Shown: piece after piece, positions 1 to 13,980 of the stretch
Layout of the letters: each line of letters starts with the position of its first letter
Numbering within the stretch: position 1 is the stretch's first letter
Assembly (NCBI GenBank): GCA_030704615.1
Contig: CM060732.1
Location: 68,944,001 to 69,008,000, forward strand
Reading direction: 5' to 3'
Source: Takakia lepidozioides
Taxonomy: Eukaryota; Plantae; Bryophyta
DNA: 64,000 bases
Notes under the pieces: generated by a model
Databases searched by the model: none
Told to the model about the DNA's origin: nothing
What the model saw: only the letters and a program-made list of their open reading frames with translations
Translations under genes and position numbers: made by a program

Positions 1-928
1 CAGGCTCTCTGGATCTTAGGCAGGAAGAACTGACCTTCATGACCTTCATAGACAAAGCTGACTTGGAGGCTGAAGTGTCTATGGCCATGTCAGAAGTACG
101 AAGCTCCTTCCTTGAACTTGTTTCCAGTTTGTGACATTGGTGAGGACATTAAGGATGATCTGAAGGGCCTACCCATCCTCGTCACTAGACTGAAATTTTA
201 AGTCGGGGCAGGGACTCTTCCTTTGAACAAAAAACAGATGCAGAAATGAGTCAATGCCTGCTGTGCTGGCGGCTTGAAGACAATATCCATTTTCTGATAC
301 ACTGTCGGGGTAATCTCATAGAGAGTGACCCTCTTCATGACCATCAAGAACATAGTCACTGCACCTCTGTTCACCAACTTCCAAAATCTCCAGGCTGAGC
401 CTAAAGCCCTGCCCTTGTTGGGGTGAAACTGCTGGGCAGCTCACACACAGCAGATTGATGCTTATGTGACGGGCTTTCTAGAGGAAATCTGGGAAGCCCA
501 AACTGATTGTTTATGTCAAGGTATGTCCCACTACTCGACGGGGCCCCTCAGAAATAGTGTCTGTTCCCTCTTGTTCCGCCCAAACTGGGCGTGGGTTCTA
601 TGGCCACAAGGCTACAGTAAACGATTTATGAGTAAATTTTCTATTGCTTTCTAACAGTTACCTGTGAACTGCTTTCCACCACATCCTAGATATGTCTCAC
701 TGTCTCACCACACCTTTGATTTAGTCGGATGCACTCCACTGTACAGAAAAGACAGACTATAATTGTCCTTCACACAGTTTCCAGAGCTGATTAGCCATTG
801 AGACAACCAGAGTGAGGGTCCATCTCCAGATTGTCCTGAAAATCTTCTCCCTGTCCAATATGCATGATTCAAAAGCATGCAGATTTATATACAGCATTAC
901 TATCAGCAGTGTTGATACACTATTTTGT

Positions 929-1825
929 GACAACTTGAGGGATAGGAAAATTCCCCAAGGCTGCCTAACTAGCTAGCTTTAGCGTTAGTCAATATCTGAA
1001 TAAAAACCAAATGTACCAAACAGGAGGTGAAGGCAAGGCGCAAGTAATATCCACCCCCGTATTGGTACTAACTTGGAGCCATGGGTAGAGATGGGATAGA
1101 GGTAGCAAACACTCTTTCAAAACTAAATTTTTTTGTAAGGCTGGTTGGTTTCCTAGGCATGGCAGCCACCATTGTGTCAGCAGAAAAACAACATCTGTCA
1201 ATGTAGAGCCTGGTAACTCAACTCACATCTTACAGGTAACCAAAGACTAAATGATAGCCACATCCAAGGTAAAGCAGAGCATGGAGATGAAAACAAAGGC
1301 ATCAGCACAAAACAACAACCGACTATAAACAACAGAAGGAAAGCGATCCAGAAAGAAGGGTCAATCCAAGAGGGCACGGCCATCAACTATTATCTTATAT
1401 AGCAGTGACCAGCTGTTATAACTCCCCTACTGACTTCAGCAGTTTCGAGCAGAGTGTGCAGATGTACTTAGTTTTTGTGTCAACTCAGCCAAGACATAGT
1501 GCACTCAACTCATAGACAACAGTAGACATGAAGAGAGAGAAAAGAGAGAAAGGAACAGAACCTAACTAAGAAGAAACACGAAAGAGATCACCAGCCTCTA
1601 TCCCATCATCATCCAGAAGTACAGAAAACAGTCCAATTTTGGGAGGGGATTTGCTGCCTCTATCCCATCTCTACCCTGTATCTCCAAGTCAGTACCAGTA
1701 CTGGGTGGGGTGTTGCTACTTCAACTCCTATTGAGTAATTTGATTTGCTTTTCTAAAACCTAACAAATGATGAAGCCAGCTGATTATGCAGCCCACTCGG
1801 GGACGGGAAGTTCCCTCAAGGTGTC
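929..1825. repeat. Diverged inverted repeat (~929-1120 vs ~1635-1825) around a ~500-bp spacer
   Basis: GGGTAGAGATGGGATAGAGG (~1083) is the reverse complement of CCTCTATCCCATCTCTACCC (~1657). GACAACTTGAGGGA (~929) mirrors TCCCTCAAGGTGTC (~1812). No TSD found. Confidence 0.6.
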
Positions 1826-2859
1826 CCTCAATTGGTTCTAGAAGATCATTGGTGCTATTTGTGGTTATTCTAGAACCAAGGGTGCCCATCCTAAGAGCAA
1901 ATCCTCATGCCAACAAGGATCTTCTCAAACTGCTATTCTGATGGATGCAGGTTAACTTCCATGACTTGTATCTCATCCACTGAGCATACTCAAATGCAGC
2001 CCAGGTGTTAACCTATTACTAATGAGGGTTAACTATACTCAAGCAGGGGACATTGTTCCAGAAATCTACCCTGCACGTGCTGCAGGGAAGCCAAAGGAAC
2101 TCGTTAGCACGCAATGTACATCAATTTTGCTGTACATGATTCAGGTGTAGTTGCTCTGCTCCCTACTCTACTTGTACAGGCATATCGATTACTCATCAGG
2201 AAACCTTCCTTGCAAGTCTTGGTCATAAGAAGAATCAGCAGCACAGCTAACTTGGTTGCCATGAAACGTGCAATACCTAGGATTATGGTGCATTGATGAC
2301 ACACATTTTCTTTTTCATTAACTGCACAGTGACCTGTGTAAATGAGAGCACTGTAACTTTCCATCAACGCCATCTTCTCTGAGATTTATTATAAATACGG
2401 GAGGCCCAAAGGGCCCAGGGGACACCAGAAGAATAAGATTAACTACACAGAAAGAAAGGAAGAAAGAAACTTTATAATGTCCATGGAAAGCTCAAAGAGT
2501 TTATGGGAAAAAGTAAACATGATACAAGGAAAGCAATACAGAGGTGAGACAGAGGTGTGCATCAAAGGGCCCAAAGGACACCAGAAGAACAAGAGTAACT
2601 CCAGTGTGGCTGATCATCAGAAGATGGGGAGCAACAGATATCAATCGATTCTGCTCATGGGGTCTGATCATCTAATAGGATAGGAATCAAAGTGAAATTG
2701 TATTCCAACACTGCAGATCTCCGGACGGATTTCCATATTGGGTGTACACATTGCCTACAGAGCGTAGGTCACTACCATGCTCATCTGGTCATCTTCACCC
2801 TTCCGTCCAAGTTTTCTTTTGTGATGGGGTGTGATGACTAGCACAGCTGAAGCAATGTG

Positions 2860-3470
2860 ACCAGAAATCCGCTTTCTCTACCTAGAAGAAATAACCCGTT
2901 GCACTTGTGTGCGTTGATCGGCACCGGCAATCAAAATATGAGCAAGGAAGTCAACCACAAGAGAAACAAACTCACCTCAAGAAACACCTATCCACCTTAC
3001 TTAGGCTTTCACTGTCACAGAGATAAATGTGGACGAAACCGCGACCAAACCGCCATCCGGTTGATCGGCATGTGTAATCAAAATATGAGCAGAGCCTTCA
3101 CCGTCACAAAGTCTGACAAGGATGAAACGTCCAAGAGAGCCCAATCTGCCATTCTGGCGATGGTCATGTGCAATCAAATACCAGCACGAAATTCCAACAC
3201 GATCAAAATAAAACCACCTGAAGAAACACCATGTGCAACGAAGAATAGCTACGATGCTAGATTACAACCTCAAGAGCAAGGAATCTCAACACAAACGACC
3301 CAAATAAAACCAAGCCTCAAGAAACCCTGGTCCAGATCCTTCACTGTCAAAAAGATGGAAAGTCGACGAAAGTGTCATCCACGGGCCACCATTGTGTTGA
3401 TCGGCAATGAACAAGGGATCTCAATGGAATTGAAACAACCCCACCTCACAAAACACCCTGTCCAACGAAG
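2860..3470. repeat. Degenerate tandem repeat units (~100-150 bp)
   Basis: Recurrent GTTGATCGGCA...CAATCAAAATATGAGC-like motifs near 2913, 3060, 3160 and 3396. The 218-aa + ORF here is a by-product of the repeat. Confidence 0.5.
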
Positions 3471-4524
3471 AACAGCTCCTATTCTCAGAGATCCCAACCC
3501 TCAATCCATTTGATAGTGGTGGACAATCGCTCTGTACGAAACCCGAAACTAAGACCGATCAGATTCACGGAACACATAGTGTAGATGGCCAGCTTCGTCA
3601 CCCGATACACCTTTACACTCCCTTCTCTCCTGGACTGAAGTTGCATAGTCAAGCCCTCAGCACTGTCGTGAACCCTTCTCCCAAAAGTAAGTGCATGTGA
3701 TTTCCGAAACTCACGGTTTAATCTGGCATCTCGTTAATTAGCTTGGTTTCATTAGCAAGTGCTTTGCAGCTGCGGCTTTGTACGTTTGTATTGTACTCAC
3801 ACAAACAATAACAACTGAGGGGGGGCATACCCCATACTACTTGATATTGCGAATCAAGGGGACTCAAGGGGACTTGCGAATGGGATTCAAGGGGATTCAA
3901 GGGGACTCAAGTCAAGGTCATCAAAACACGGAGAAAGAAGGTAGTTGGGAGGGAGGGCCATGAAAAACTTTTCATATCTCATACACTTGTATACAAAACA
4001 CTAGAATGATCTAGAGTAGTTTGAATGACAAAAAAATTCTTAAATGATAATGTACACACTTTGATTGTGGCATGACTCTTTGCTAGTGATCCTGCTAGGA
4101 AGTGTGATTAGACCAACATTGTGGGACAATGCTTGGGTGCAGCCATAGCCATGTACAACAAACATAGGTAATGTAAAGCAAAACTCCTCCTTGATAAGCT
4201 GGACATAACATACCTCATCACGCTATGACCACTTAACAAACATTTTTCTTTTTATTGTACAAAAGGGGATGGACGGTGGGCCTGCAAATCATGTTGAGAG
4301 GTGTCGTGGAAAAATTTAAACAACGACTAAGGACTACAAGGTTTATATCGATATGGTAGTATGCCCAAATAAGCCCCCCAAGTTTACATGGGCCCTGTCA
4401 ATTAGAGGATGCTCTAGGATTTATAAAGGGGGGGATATATAGTAAGGCATAGAGGAATTTGAAGAAATAATTGTTCTATAAGAAGGTTAAAAAAAAAGAC
4501 AATAGGTAGGTGATACATATTAAA

Positions 4525-5322
4525 CGGCATATGGTTGATGGACGTCAACTTAGGGTATGGCAACCATGTGTGTCGATTATTCTAAAAACCTACATGCATG
4601 CACGGTGACTGGTGGTATGGAACAACGAAGAAATAGGTTGTAGGAAGAGCACACATGAAGAATAAGAGAAGGTTTCCTATAAGTGAGATGGCGATCCTGA
4701 AGTCGATAGCGCGAAAGAGAGGAGTTGCGCATGAACAGAGGCGGAAACCTGTCAGATGCAAAACAGTAGAGAAATTACTGCTGCAAGGTAGCGTGACGAT
4801 AGGTGTTGGGGGAGCAGATGTCACTGAAGATTACCTTACAAAGATGGACGAGTTTCTGTAAGAAGCTTGTGTGGCGGGACTGTGTGCGTTGGAAAAAAAT
4901 GGTACGCTTCTACATCTACATCTGCAAATGGTTTGTCAAGTATATACGTCAAATATTCAAATGTTGAACAGGCTCATAAAAACAAAATTGGGATGGGTAG
5001 ATCCACAAACTGCGCCTCCCGGTCATCTCGTTCATTGCAAATTATTGAGAGACAAGGTTTTCACACATTTTGTTGGCATGGTGGACTACTATCTCAAGGA
5101 CATCGATGAACCACACTTTCGGTTTGTGTAAGGTGTTGTGGTTGCTGATTAGATGCAAGAGGGCGTGGATGAATACGTAAAGTTCGGTGCTTTTGCCACC
5201 AAAAACCAAAAACTGGCTCTCTGGAGCCTACATAGATGTGGCACAAACACAAAATGCGTAGATAATTTTCGACTACTCTCCCTACAGTTCTTCTTCACAT
5301 ATTAAGATCTGGGCAGTTCTAT
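4525..5322 (+). mobile_element. Replitron HUH (Rep) endonuclease, pseudogenised
   Basis: Continuous frame through stops: SVTIGVGGADV...CVAGLCALEKNGTLLHLHLQMV (HUH motif HLHLQ at 4913-4927)...GMVDYYLKD (catalytic YxxK at 5087-5101)...EGVDEYVKFG. After a frameshift it reads WHKHKMRR*FSTTLPTVLLHILRSGQFY, resembling the Replitron C-terminal domain. No helicase follows, so it is not a Helitron. Confidence 0.8.
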
Positions 5323-5419
5323 AAAATACAAAACACCGGCAGGAGGGTAGGTGGTTCCATTCAAAAACAATGGCATGGATTATGAAAGATCCACCTCGAT
5401 CTCGAAATCACCATCTGGT

Positions 5420-6520
5420 TTGGTTTTGGCTGCAGAGGATAGCAGCTTATGCAAAGGATGAAGGGGCTAACCTTGGGACTTTGCAATCTGCCCTAGGTTC
5501 AGCGATGAAATGTAATCCAGCTTTGAAGCTGTCAGAGCCCTATCCAGGGTCTTGCTTTGGGCATGCCATGTCTAAGGCATGCCACTACGCAACAAATGAG
5601 GAGAAGGTCAGTGGTGGTATGATTGAGGTGAGCTTGAAAGAGGCTTAGGAAGCCTTGAAAAAAAAACCATCACTTGGACAAAAAAAATGGTAAGGGCGGA
5701 GTGGGAGAAGGCCTATGTGGATGCAGGTCTGCCCAAAAGAAAACTTAGGACCTCTGTCAAGACAAGATTTGCTTCGAAAGTCATTATGTTCCAAGAACTT
5801 TGGCATATGCTATTGCCATCAATATCTGCTACACACGACAGTTTGTTGCCTTGCATACTAGGGTTCCCAGTAGGCGGACATGGGCCATAGCCAAAGCCGT
5901 GGAGGAAACTTTGACACATGTAGTGCACCAATGCATTTTGAACTAACAAAGGGGTTACTGGGTGCTCTCAGATGTCCTCAGCTGGCTTGGCTATCATGAC
6001 AAAGATGAGGATGGAAGTAAGGGCAACTCATATGCAGTACTTGCGATGTAGATCCTTTGAGCAGCAGACAGAGCTGCTTATGCTTGCATGGCCCTCCAAG
6101 TCAGAGAGGTTCTTCCCCCATTTCTTTTGTTTACCGAATATTTCATTGAGAACAAGACACATAATTATATGTTACTAGCCTTAATGTTGGATCAACATTT
6201 CAAAGGCTTCCAGTGCATGGTTGATTACATTGGTAGGATGCCAACTCAACGTCTGATGCAAAAATATGATTCAGTTGTAATGCTGCCACTATTGACCACT
6301 GTGATTGACCACTTGAACCCTAAAGGTGGCATAGCTCCGCATCCACCCACTCTTGAGCTACTCTCACATGGATTGTTTGGTATGACTGCCTTCACTGAGG
6401 AGACGAGTGAAGGCTCATTGAAGGCTAAGCTTTATTTATTCTGACGCTTTCCCATTGACAATGTTGAGAAACTTGATCCAATGACATGGTGGTTTGAGCA
6501 TGAGACAAAGTTCCTGGGAA
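5420..6520 (+). mobile_element. hAT-superfamily transposase remnant (C-terminal half, frameshifted)
   Basis: AYAKDEGANL...GSCFGHAMSKACHYAT (CxxH)...KLRTSVKTRFASKVIMFQE...LALMLDQHFK...DPMTWWFEHETKF (hAT dimerisation motif). Multiple stops and frameshifts. Confidence 0.75.
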
Positions 6521-7121
6521 CCCTCACCAATAATAAATTATCGTTTCTTTCTTCTCTGGGAAGAGAAGAAGCTAACGGGCATTTGAGAACCCTGAAAGGC
6601 CCGTCTTCCACAAATTCCATTGGAAACCCAACATCTATGGGGGTAAATTAAACCAGTGGCAAAAATAAACAATGGAAGAGTCAGAAGTATGAGAATTCAT
6701 CGATGGGGGAGGTGGGAGGGAGAAATCGACAGGGGCCAAGAAGACTCAAGGAGTTCTAATCTCATGAACAAGCACCACCATAAGCCCATCACTATTCGAT
6801 TTCTCCATTATTGGTGGCAAACACATCAATAGTGCCAATGTTGTGCATGCAGCTTTGAAACCACGCCACAACGGAATAGTCATATTCATAATATCCAAAG
6901 ACTCCTAAACATCAAATCCTCACAGATGTCATGATTTAGATGAACTGGTGTGGTTGAGGGAGAAAAAAAAGAGTGCATGTTTGACCACCAAATTCAAGTA
7001 TCGAGGTTAATTTTCCCATACACAGCCCTCCACAATCTAATTATATGGCACCTAAAGGAATGCCTCCCCCAAAAATCAGACCAAAATTCCAGAAATTGAG
7101 ATAGATCACTTTGTATGTGAA

Positions 7122-7381
7122 GCCAAGCATTAGATGGGGCCCTAGAGTTGAATGCGAGGGAGCCGGTTCAGCCAGCGTGGACCCCCCACCACCCCACGCC
7201 CACCCCCGCCTCCATCGCCCACGCACCGCTCGGCTGCTGCCGCGCAGCACGCCCTCCCGTCATGTCCCGCTGCCAGGACATGAGACGTGCCCTCTCCCGC
7301 ATCCCGCATCCCTCCTCCCATCCTGCCCTCATGCATGGCATTGCCCTCCATCCCACATACATGCCTTCATGCTCCCCATGC
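7122..7381 (+). repeat. Left TIR of Pack-MULE
   Basis: Aligns in reverse complement to 14451-14663, for example GGAGCCGGTTCAGCCAGCGTGGACC and CATGTCCCGCTGCCAGGACATGAGAC. Confidence 0.88.
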
Positions 7382-10300
7382 ATGCCATTGGAGAATACAC
7401 GTACCAGCTCTCGCTTTCGTTGCTATTGTTGGCGTTGGCGTACCACGTCCTGTCATGCACGTCGATTTTGTGGAGAGCAGTGGGCAATCCTGCTACGATG
7501 CAGGTTGTGGTCGCTGTGTTCAGAGGTTGCAACGTTTGCGCTCCAAACATTTCTTGCGTGCAGGTCCTTATTATCGCTCCAAAAACGATCGATTTTGTCC
7601 GTTTGTCTTCTCCGGATTTTCATTCTGCTCTTCCTCGAGGTTATACTTTGCGGGTGAGTGAGTTCTGCAATGAGCATCCGAAACCCAATCGTTCTTTGTT
7701 GGTTCTTTCACATATATTGAATGCATAGGTTCACAAATATGCATATTGTGACTCAGGTCTCATTTTCTCACTATAGTAGTTAGCAAAGTACAAAAATGGG
7801 TCTGTTTTGCTTACTTTGCTGATACTTTCGGGACCTGGGGAGACTGGTAAGGCATATATCTGCTGACTTTGCAATTTTGATGTTGTGCTACAAGAATTGA
7901 AGGTGACCTCGGGCATCACTTTCCATAATCAATGGCTCACTCCAGGGACGTGCTCATATGTTCTATCGTTTTGTTTTCCTTCCAGAACAACTACTCTGGT
8001 CCATGATCACTCTCCATATTGACATATTTCATATTATCTGTAGTCCATTCATGATGTTTTGGGGTTTAAGGTTTATGATAAATGACATGCACACCATTGT
8101 CAGAGGTTTAGGGTTGGGTTCAGTTGCAGCTATGCATGCAATTACAGCTCGCATCATTTATACCTTGCTGAGGATTTATGCTAGGCATTGGTTGTGTAGG
8201 TTTTCACGCTGCTACAAGTGCTGGCAGACGCAGCAATCACGATGAAGGAGAGCAAAAATGATAGAGAACCGGAGGGAATACCGCGAGACATATGATATTG
8301 ATGAATATGAGTCCCTCATATGTGAGGCCCACACGAGGGCAAGGGTCCATGAACTTGGTGCGTCAAAGCTGAAAAACTCTGTTAAACGCTGTTATGGAAG
8401 ATGATTCAAACATGTGAAGCTGAAAAACTGGCTGCAATTTTTAAAAAGCTGCCAGAAGGTAATAGCCACTTACTTCAGCTTCCTGTGAATCATTGGCAAA
8501 AGAAAGACAACCCCAGAGACAACAAATGATCTGTTCATACAAACTATGTGCACTCCCATTCTTAATTAAATGTACAATTGATTTGTGTCTCCATATGCAC
8601 CATTTCCATAATGTGTTCCTCTGAACTCCATCTCATTGATTAGGCTATGGTCATCCACTGTCTCTTACAATCCTCCAAAGGTGTATGCTCTCTGGCAGCC
8701 AGCCCATGGAGGTCATTGCAAGAAAATTTGGTGATGATATTGATGATGTAATCCCAGGTCGAGCCCCATGGTCACCAGGGACCGAGGGACTAGTAAGCCT
8801 TACAGACCAACGCAGATAACTGATTTATGTATCACAACAATTTCCCTGCCAACTACTATAAATCCATGTTATAGATACCAACTCATTTTGAACTCTTTGA
8901 GCCATCGTTGGTGGCATTTGGAACCAACAGTGATAGTGCATGGTGACTTGCCTCATGCCCAGAACGTGAGTGGCAACAAGAGGTCGAAGCACGATCTTTT
9001 TCATCAAGCCAATGCTTGGACCCTTCAACCCCAGTAACAAACCAGCCCAAGGTAGGGCCAGATGGTTTCAGTCACATGTATGTTGGTTGTAGGTTTGGTA
9101 CTCATTTGGGGTTCCAAAATGGGATGAGATTTATCTATAGGGGAGCTTCCTCAAGCTGCTTGAAGACATCGGCTGTTGGCATGGTGGTCATCCATGACCC
9201 ATTCCCACCAATGTTTGCTAGTGCATTCTCTCTAGAATCTGGCCACATATTCCCCTCGTTTCCTGCAACAATCTCATGTGAGACATGAAGTCGTGAATTC
9301 TGCATAGGAATTTCATGGAGGGGATCTCGGCCTGGTGAGAGTTGTGACGTTTGCTGCTTGGATGTCCCCAATGCTCTTCTTCTGTTTGTGGGTCATCACC
9401 CCTTCTGTGCTTCTCCAGCTGCAATGAAAGTGTCTGAGACTTCAAAAGGGGATATCTACATAGTGCACACGAATACTTTTCTTGGCCTCTCTGTTCAATA
9501 AATTTTTGTCCAACAACATTTCCACAGCTAATCCAGCATCCATTGCCTCACCCACAAACCATAGTCTTTGGTACGATGGAACATCCTGTGATATGCAACA
9601 GCAAAAACAAGCAAGGTGGATTTTGAAGAGAGAAATGAATTTACAGAGTACTTGAGCTCTCATATACATATACTCATCCCCAGTTATTGAACATGCTTGA
9701 CAACAGTGTGGTGCAGAGCTTCCAAGTGATAGGGGACAAGATTCAGGCTGTCTAATTCCATGGCTATGAAGAGAACATAACCTTGGGTTTTGACTACTTC
9801 ATTCTTACTGCAAATAGTACGTTGCCCATGTATTGGGTATATCAAAACTAATTCCGGGCTGGGCATTGCTCTACATGACACTTATCATTTCCAGCAAGTT
9901 CTTTCAATGAACCTATAAAACAAACATCAAACGCAACATGGGATGCAAAAAACAATATTTCAATTCTATCAGACAACTCATCTTGGAAATGAAGAGCATA
10001 GTCTGCACACGACATTTATAAGTCAACATGAGTGTACAGGCACTATATGCACATATGCACTCATACTTTCTGTATGTGTTTTCATTCATAGTCTGATAAC
10101 TTCTAATCTTCATTCATTCCCAATATACATGATGTACGGTTCATTCATCCCAAAGTTATAGTGGCTCTCCAACTTGCATGTAAAAGCAATCATGCATGCA
10201 TCCATTCCATGATTTTATCAGATGACAATCGCAGGCCCTAGAGCAGCAGTCCATGAGACTGTTGCATGCCAGTCGAAGCCATGAGCGGCCCCATGTATAT

Positions 10301-10620
10301 TGTTCTTAGGCATCTTCACATCCTTATGAGGATGGAATTCCATAAGTGGCTCTCTCAGGTAGTGACAAAGACATAGTACACATATCATGAACACAAGCAT
10401 AATATCTCAGTGGAAGCGAGGAAAACCAGACATGCTACCTTTTGGTCAAATAATTCACTTGAAAACCTTTTAAGGGTGCATGAATCCGCCAAAAAAATAG
10501 ATTTAATGTGCCAGTTGACCCAGTGCAGCAAGTTAGAGTTGAGTCCATTACCATCTCTCCCTCCCACATTGAACAATGGGGGTTGACAATCGTACACCCA
10601 TCTACTCTAAGGATGGGTAT

Positions 10621-12270
10621 CTAAAACAACTCTGCCCTTGAAACAAATGTGTGTACCCTATGATTGACCTCAATCCAGCTTTTCCCCGGCTTCTTTCTCA
10701 CACCACTTTCCTCCATTGCTTTTCTCTTTGTGCCATACTGTCAAACACTAGACATGCATCCTTCATACTCCCACATTTGGCATACATATTAACCAGGGCA
10801 GTCTCTAGAATGGAATCTAGCCCAATTCCAGCTTTCATGATGTCAGCATGCACCTCTTTGCCTTTTTCCAGGTCTCCCAGATTGGCACAGACATTGAGAA
10901 TGCAAGTGAATGTGACCCTACCAGGCATCACCCCTTCCCATATCATTTGCTCATAGATCTCAAATGCCTCCCTACCATATCCATATTGAGCATATCAAAT
11001 GCCTCCCTACCATATTGAGCATATCCTGCTATCATTGCACTCCCTGACACCACATTTCGCTGAGCCATATTGTTAAATACTTGGCGTGCATCAATCATAC
11101 TCCCACATTTGGCATACATGTCAACAAGGGCGCTCTCCCGAATAATATCTGGAAGAATTCTGGCCTTATCAATACCAACATGAACCTCTTTGCCCTTTTC
11201 CAAGGCTGCCAGACTGGCACATGCATTGAGAGCACAAATGTATGTAACTCTGTCAGTCTTCACCCCTTCCTATCTCATTTGCTCATACATTTCCAAAGCA
11301 GCCTTACCAGACCCATGCTGGGCATATCCGAGACCATGGCATTCCATGAGACCACATCTCTTTGAGCCACTTTGTCAAACACTTTCCGTGCAGTCTTCAA
11401 GCTCCCACATTTGGCATACATGTTCGCCAAGGCAGTCTCCAAAATGATATCTGGTGCAATCCCAGCTTTGATGATGTCAGCATGGACCATTTTCTTCTTT
11501 TCCAGGGTTGTTAGGCTGGCACATGCATTGAGAATGCAAATAAATGTGACCCTATCCGCATCACCCCTTCCTGTATCATTTCCTCATAGATCTCCAAAGC
11601 CTCTCTACTACACCCATGCTGAGCATACCCTGCGATCATTGCATTCCATGAGACTACATTTCGTTGAACCATATTATTGAACACTTGCAGAATAAAATCT
11701 GGCACAATCTGAGCTTTGAGGATGTGAGCATGGACCTCTTTGGCCTTATCCAGGGCTGTTAGGTTGGCACATGTGCAACACAAATGAATGTGACCTTGTC
11801 TGGCATCACCCCTTCCCCTTGCATTTGCTCAAAGATCTCAAAAGCCTCCTTACTGCACCTGTGCTTGGCATATCCTGCTATCATTATATTCCAAGTAAAC
11901 ATATCTCGTTCAGCCATTTTGTCAAATACCTGGCGTGCATCCTTCATGCTCCCGCACTTTGCATACATGTTGACAAGGGTGTTTAGCAGAAAGATGTTTG
12001 GCTGGAAGCCACTTCGGACAATGTTGGCATGCACCTACTTTCTCTTTGTTAGACCTTTCATCTTGATGCACTCCTGCAAGAGACTCATGTAAGCATTGGA
12101 CTCTGCCAAAATGCCTTGTTGGCTCAAAATGTGCAATGCCTTGTTCAGTTGTCCGGCCTTACATACTGTCCTCACATCCCCACTCATGCCAGAAAAGTTC
12201 GTGTTGCCCCAATCTCCTGGTCTGCTTTCAAAAGAAGTGGTCACAGTGGATGGGCTCGATTCAAACAATT
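10621..12270 (-). pseudogene. PLS-class PPR RNA-editing factor (E/PG-box end), pseudogene
   Basis: Repeated P-L-S motifs (LVNMYAKCGSMKDARQVFDKM, DVVSWNAMIAGYAQHG, PDKVTFICILNACA) broken by stops, frameshifts and deletions. The C-terminus MEESGVRKKPGKSWIEVNHRVHTFVSRAELF* contains the PG box but no DYW domain. Intronless. Confidence 0.92.
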
Positions 12271-13036
12271 GTGCATGATTCGATCTTGCGATCCTGTATC
12301 ACTCGAACATCCAGACCTTACTTTATACTGAAACTCATCCTAAGCTCCTACAATACTTATTCTCAAATATAGTAGCAATTCTATCTCCTTGAGTAGGAAC
12401 TAGCAAGTTGCAACCCTTAAATGATCTTGAAAATAATACCCATTGTATTCACGGCCTGGACTCCCAATGCGTTCACTGATATTAGAACCATCACCAGATT
12501 GTGCCCGCCGTTGTGTTATAGCATGTCGGTCTGCTTTCACCAAGGGAGAGTTCGACCAACCCTCAATCCACAGAGCCTCATTTCTGCGCGCTTATAACTG
12601 AAGATTGGTGACCTTGAAATTTTATGTGCAAACCAGCAATGGAGTAGCTAAGCAGCAATAGCTTCAACCACGGAAGGCTACACCACCCACAAGCACCTTT
12701 TATATAAAAGCGGACAACCGTGATGCCCTGCAAAAAGGAAGAAGAACCTACTGATAGCAATGGTAAGCTGCTTATTCACTACGTTCACTACGCACAGCGA
12801 ATCGTTACTACTCTAAGCCATTGAAGACAAGATGCCATATATTCACCATGCAGCTCTTGTCACAACCATATGAAGATAGCCTCACCTTATCAAGCCTGTG
12901 CCCCTAATGTGAAGATACGAGAACTCCTGCAAGGCTCGTTCTATGCCTATTGGTCAGCTTGCATAGAAACTCCTCTAAATCATAAGTGGAAACTCCTACT
13001 ATCCGATGTTGTTGGGACACGTTTTCCATAGAATTA

Positions 13037-13038
<2 letters not shown>

Positions 13039-13078
<40 letters not shown>
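13039..13078. repeat. (CT)20 microsatellite
   Basis: Direct read. Confidence 0.97.
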
Positions 13079-13082
<4 letters not shown>

Positions 13083-13319
13083 TTGCACAGCGCTAGACCA
13101 AACGAAGTAGATAACATGATGTGTACACCAGTCGTTACATCGACACCATGTTTAGGGAATGATCCAGGGCTTGATGGATCCATCCCTTGACTATGATCTG
13201 GTGACCCACCTACATACATATACATGCATGCCTATCACCGCATCAATCTTATATCTAGTGGCCAGTAGTGGGAATTTTTACTTCTCTTTCTTTGTCGATA
13301 ATCTCGTGGAGATTCTTGT

Positions 13320-13980
13320 GGGCGTTTTGAAGTTTCCATCATATCACATCTTGCCTGGGCATTTTGTCAAACACTTGGCTTGCACCCACCACATCCCCAC
13401 ACTTGTAGTACATGCTGACAAGGGCAGTGCCCATAAGGAGATCTGACTCTTGAATCCAGCCTTGATGATGCTCGCATGGAGATGCTTGCCCTGTTCCACA
13501 GCTGCTGGGCTGCCACATGCTTTGAGGATACTCATAAAGGTGACCTTGTTGGGCTTCACGCGTGTTTGTTGCATTCGTTGAAAGTATTCAATTGCCTCTC
13601 CGCTATGCCCTTCCTCAGCTAGTCCTGCAATCATCGCAGTCCATGAAATCACATTTTGTGTATGCGTACTGTCAAAAACTTTGGTGCGCATTCACTATAC
13701 TCCTGCATTTGCAATACATGTTGACAAGAGCGCCATTGCTTACTTGGAGATCTGACTCAAATCCAGCTATCTTGATTTTGGCATGGACCCGTTTGCCTTG
13801 TTCCATAGCCGCGGGGCTGGCACATGCATTGATGATGCTCATGAAGGTGACATTGTTGGGCTTCAAGCCTTCTTGTTGCATACTTCGGAAGTAACGAAAA
13901 GCCTTTGCCCGTGCCGAGCTAATCCTGCAATCATGGCATTCCAAGAGATCACATCTTGCTTATGGATTTTTTCAACAAAC
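13320..13980 (-). pseudogene. Second PLS-class PPR fragment, frameshifted
   Basis: DVISWNAMIAGL, KPNNVTFMSIINACASPAAMEQGKRVH, NVISWTAMIAGLAEEGHSGEA, KPNKVTFMSILKACG. The motif flavour differs from the 10.6-12.3 kb copy. Confidence 0.9.

Noticed and set aside
2857-3513. 218-aa + strand ORF
   Set aside because: Coincides with degenerate tandem repeats and has no recognisable domain.
7041-7728. Cluster of overlapping ORFs up to 205 aa
   Set aside because: Stop-poor GC-rich MULE TIR sequence; the same pseudo-ORFs recur at the other TIR.
8200-10400. Exon-like decayed coding fragments inside the Pack-MULE (e.g. FSRCYKCWQ..., DVPSYQRLWFVGE...)
   Set aside because: Probably cargo or transposase relics, but I cannot assign them to a family.
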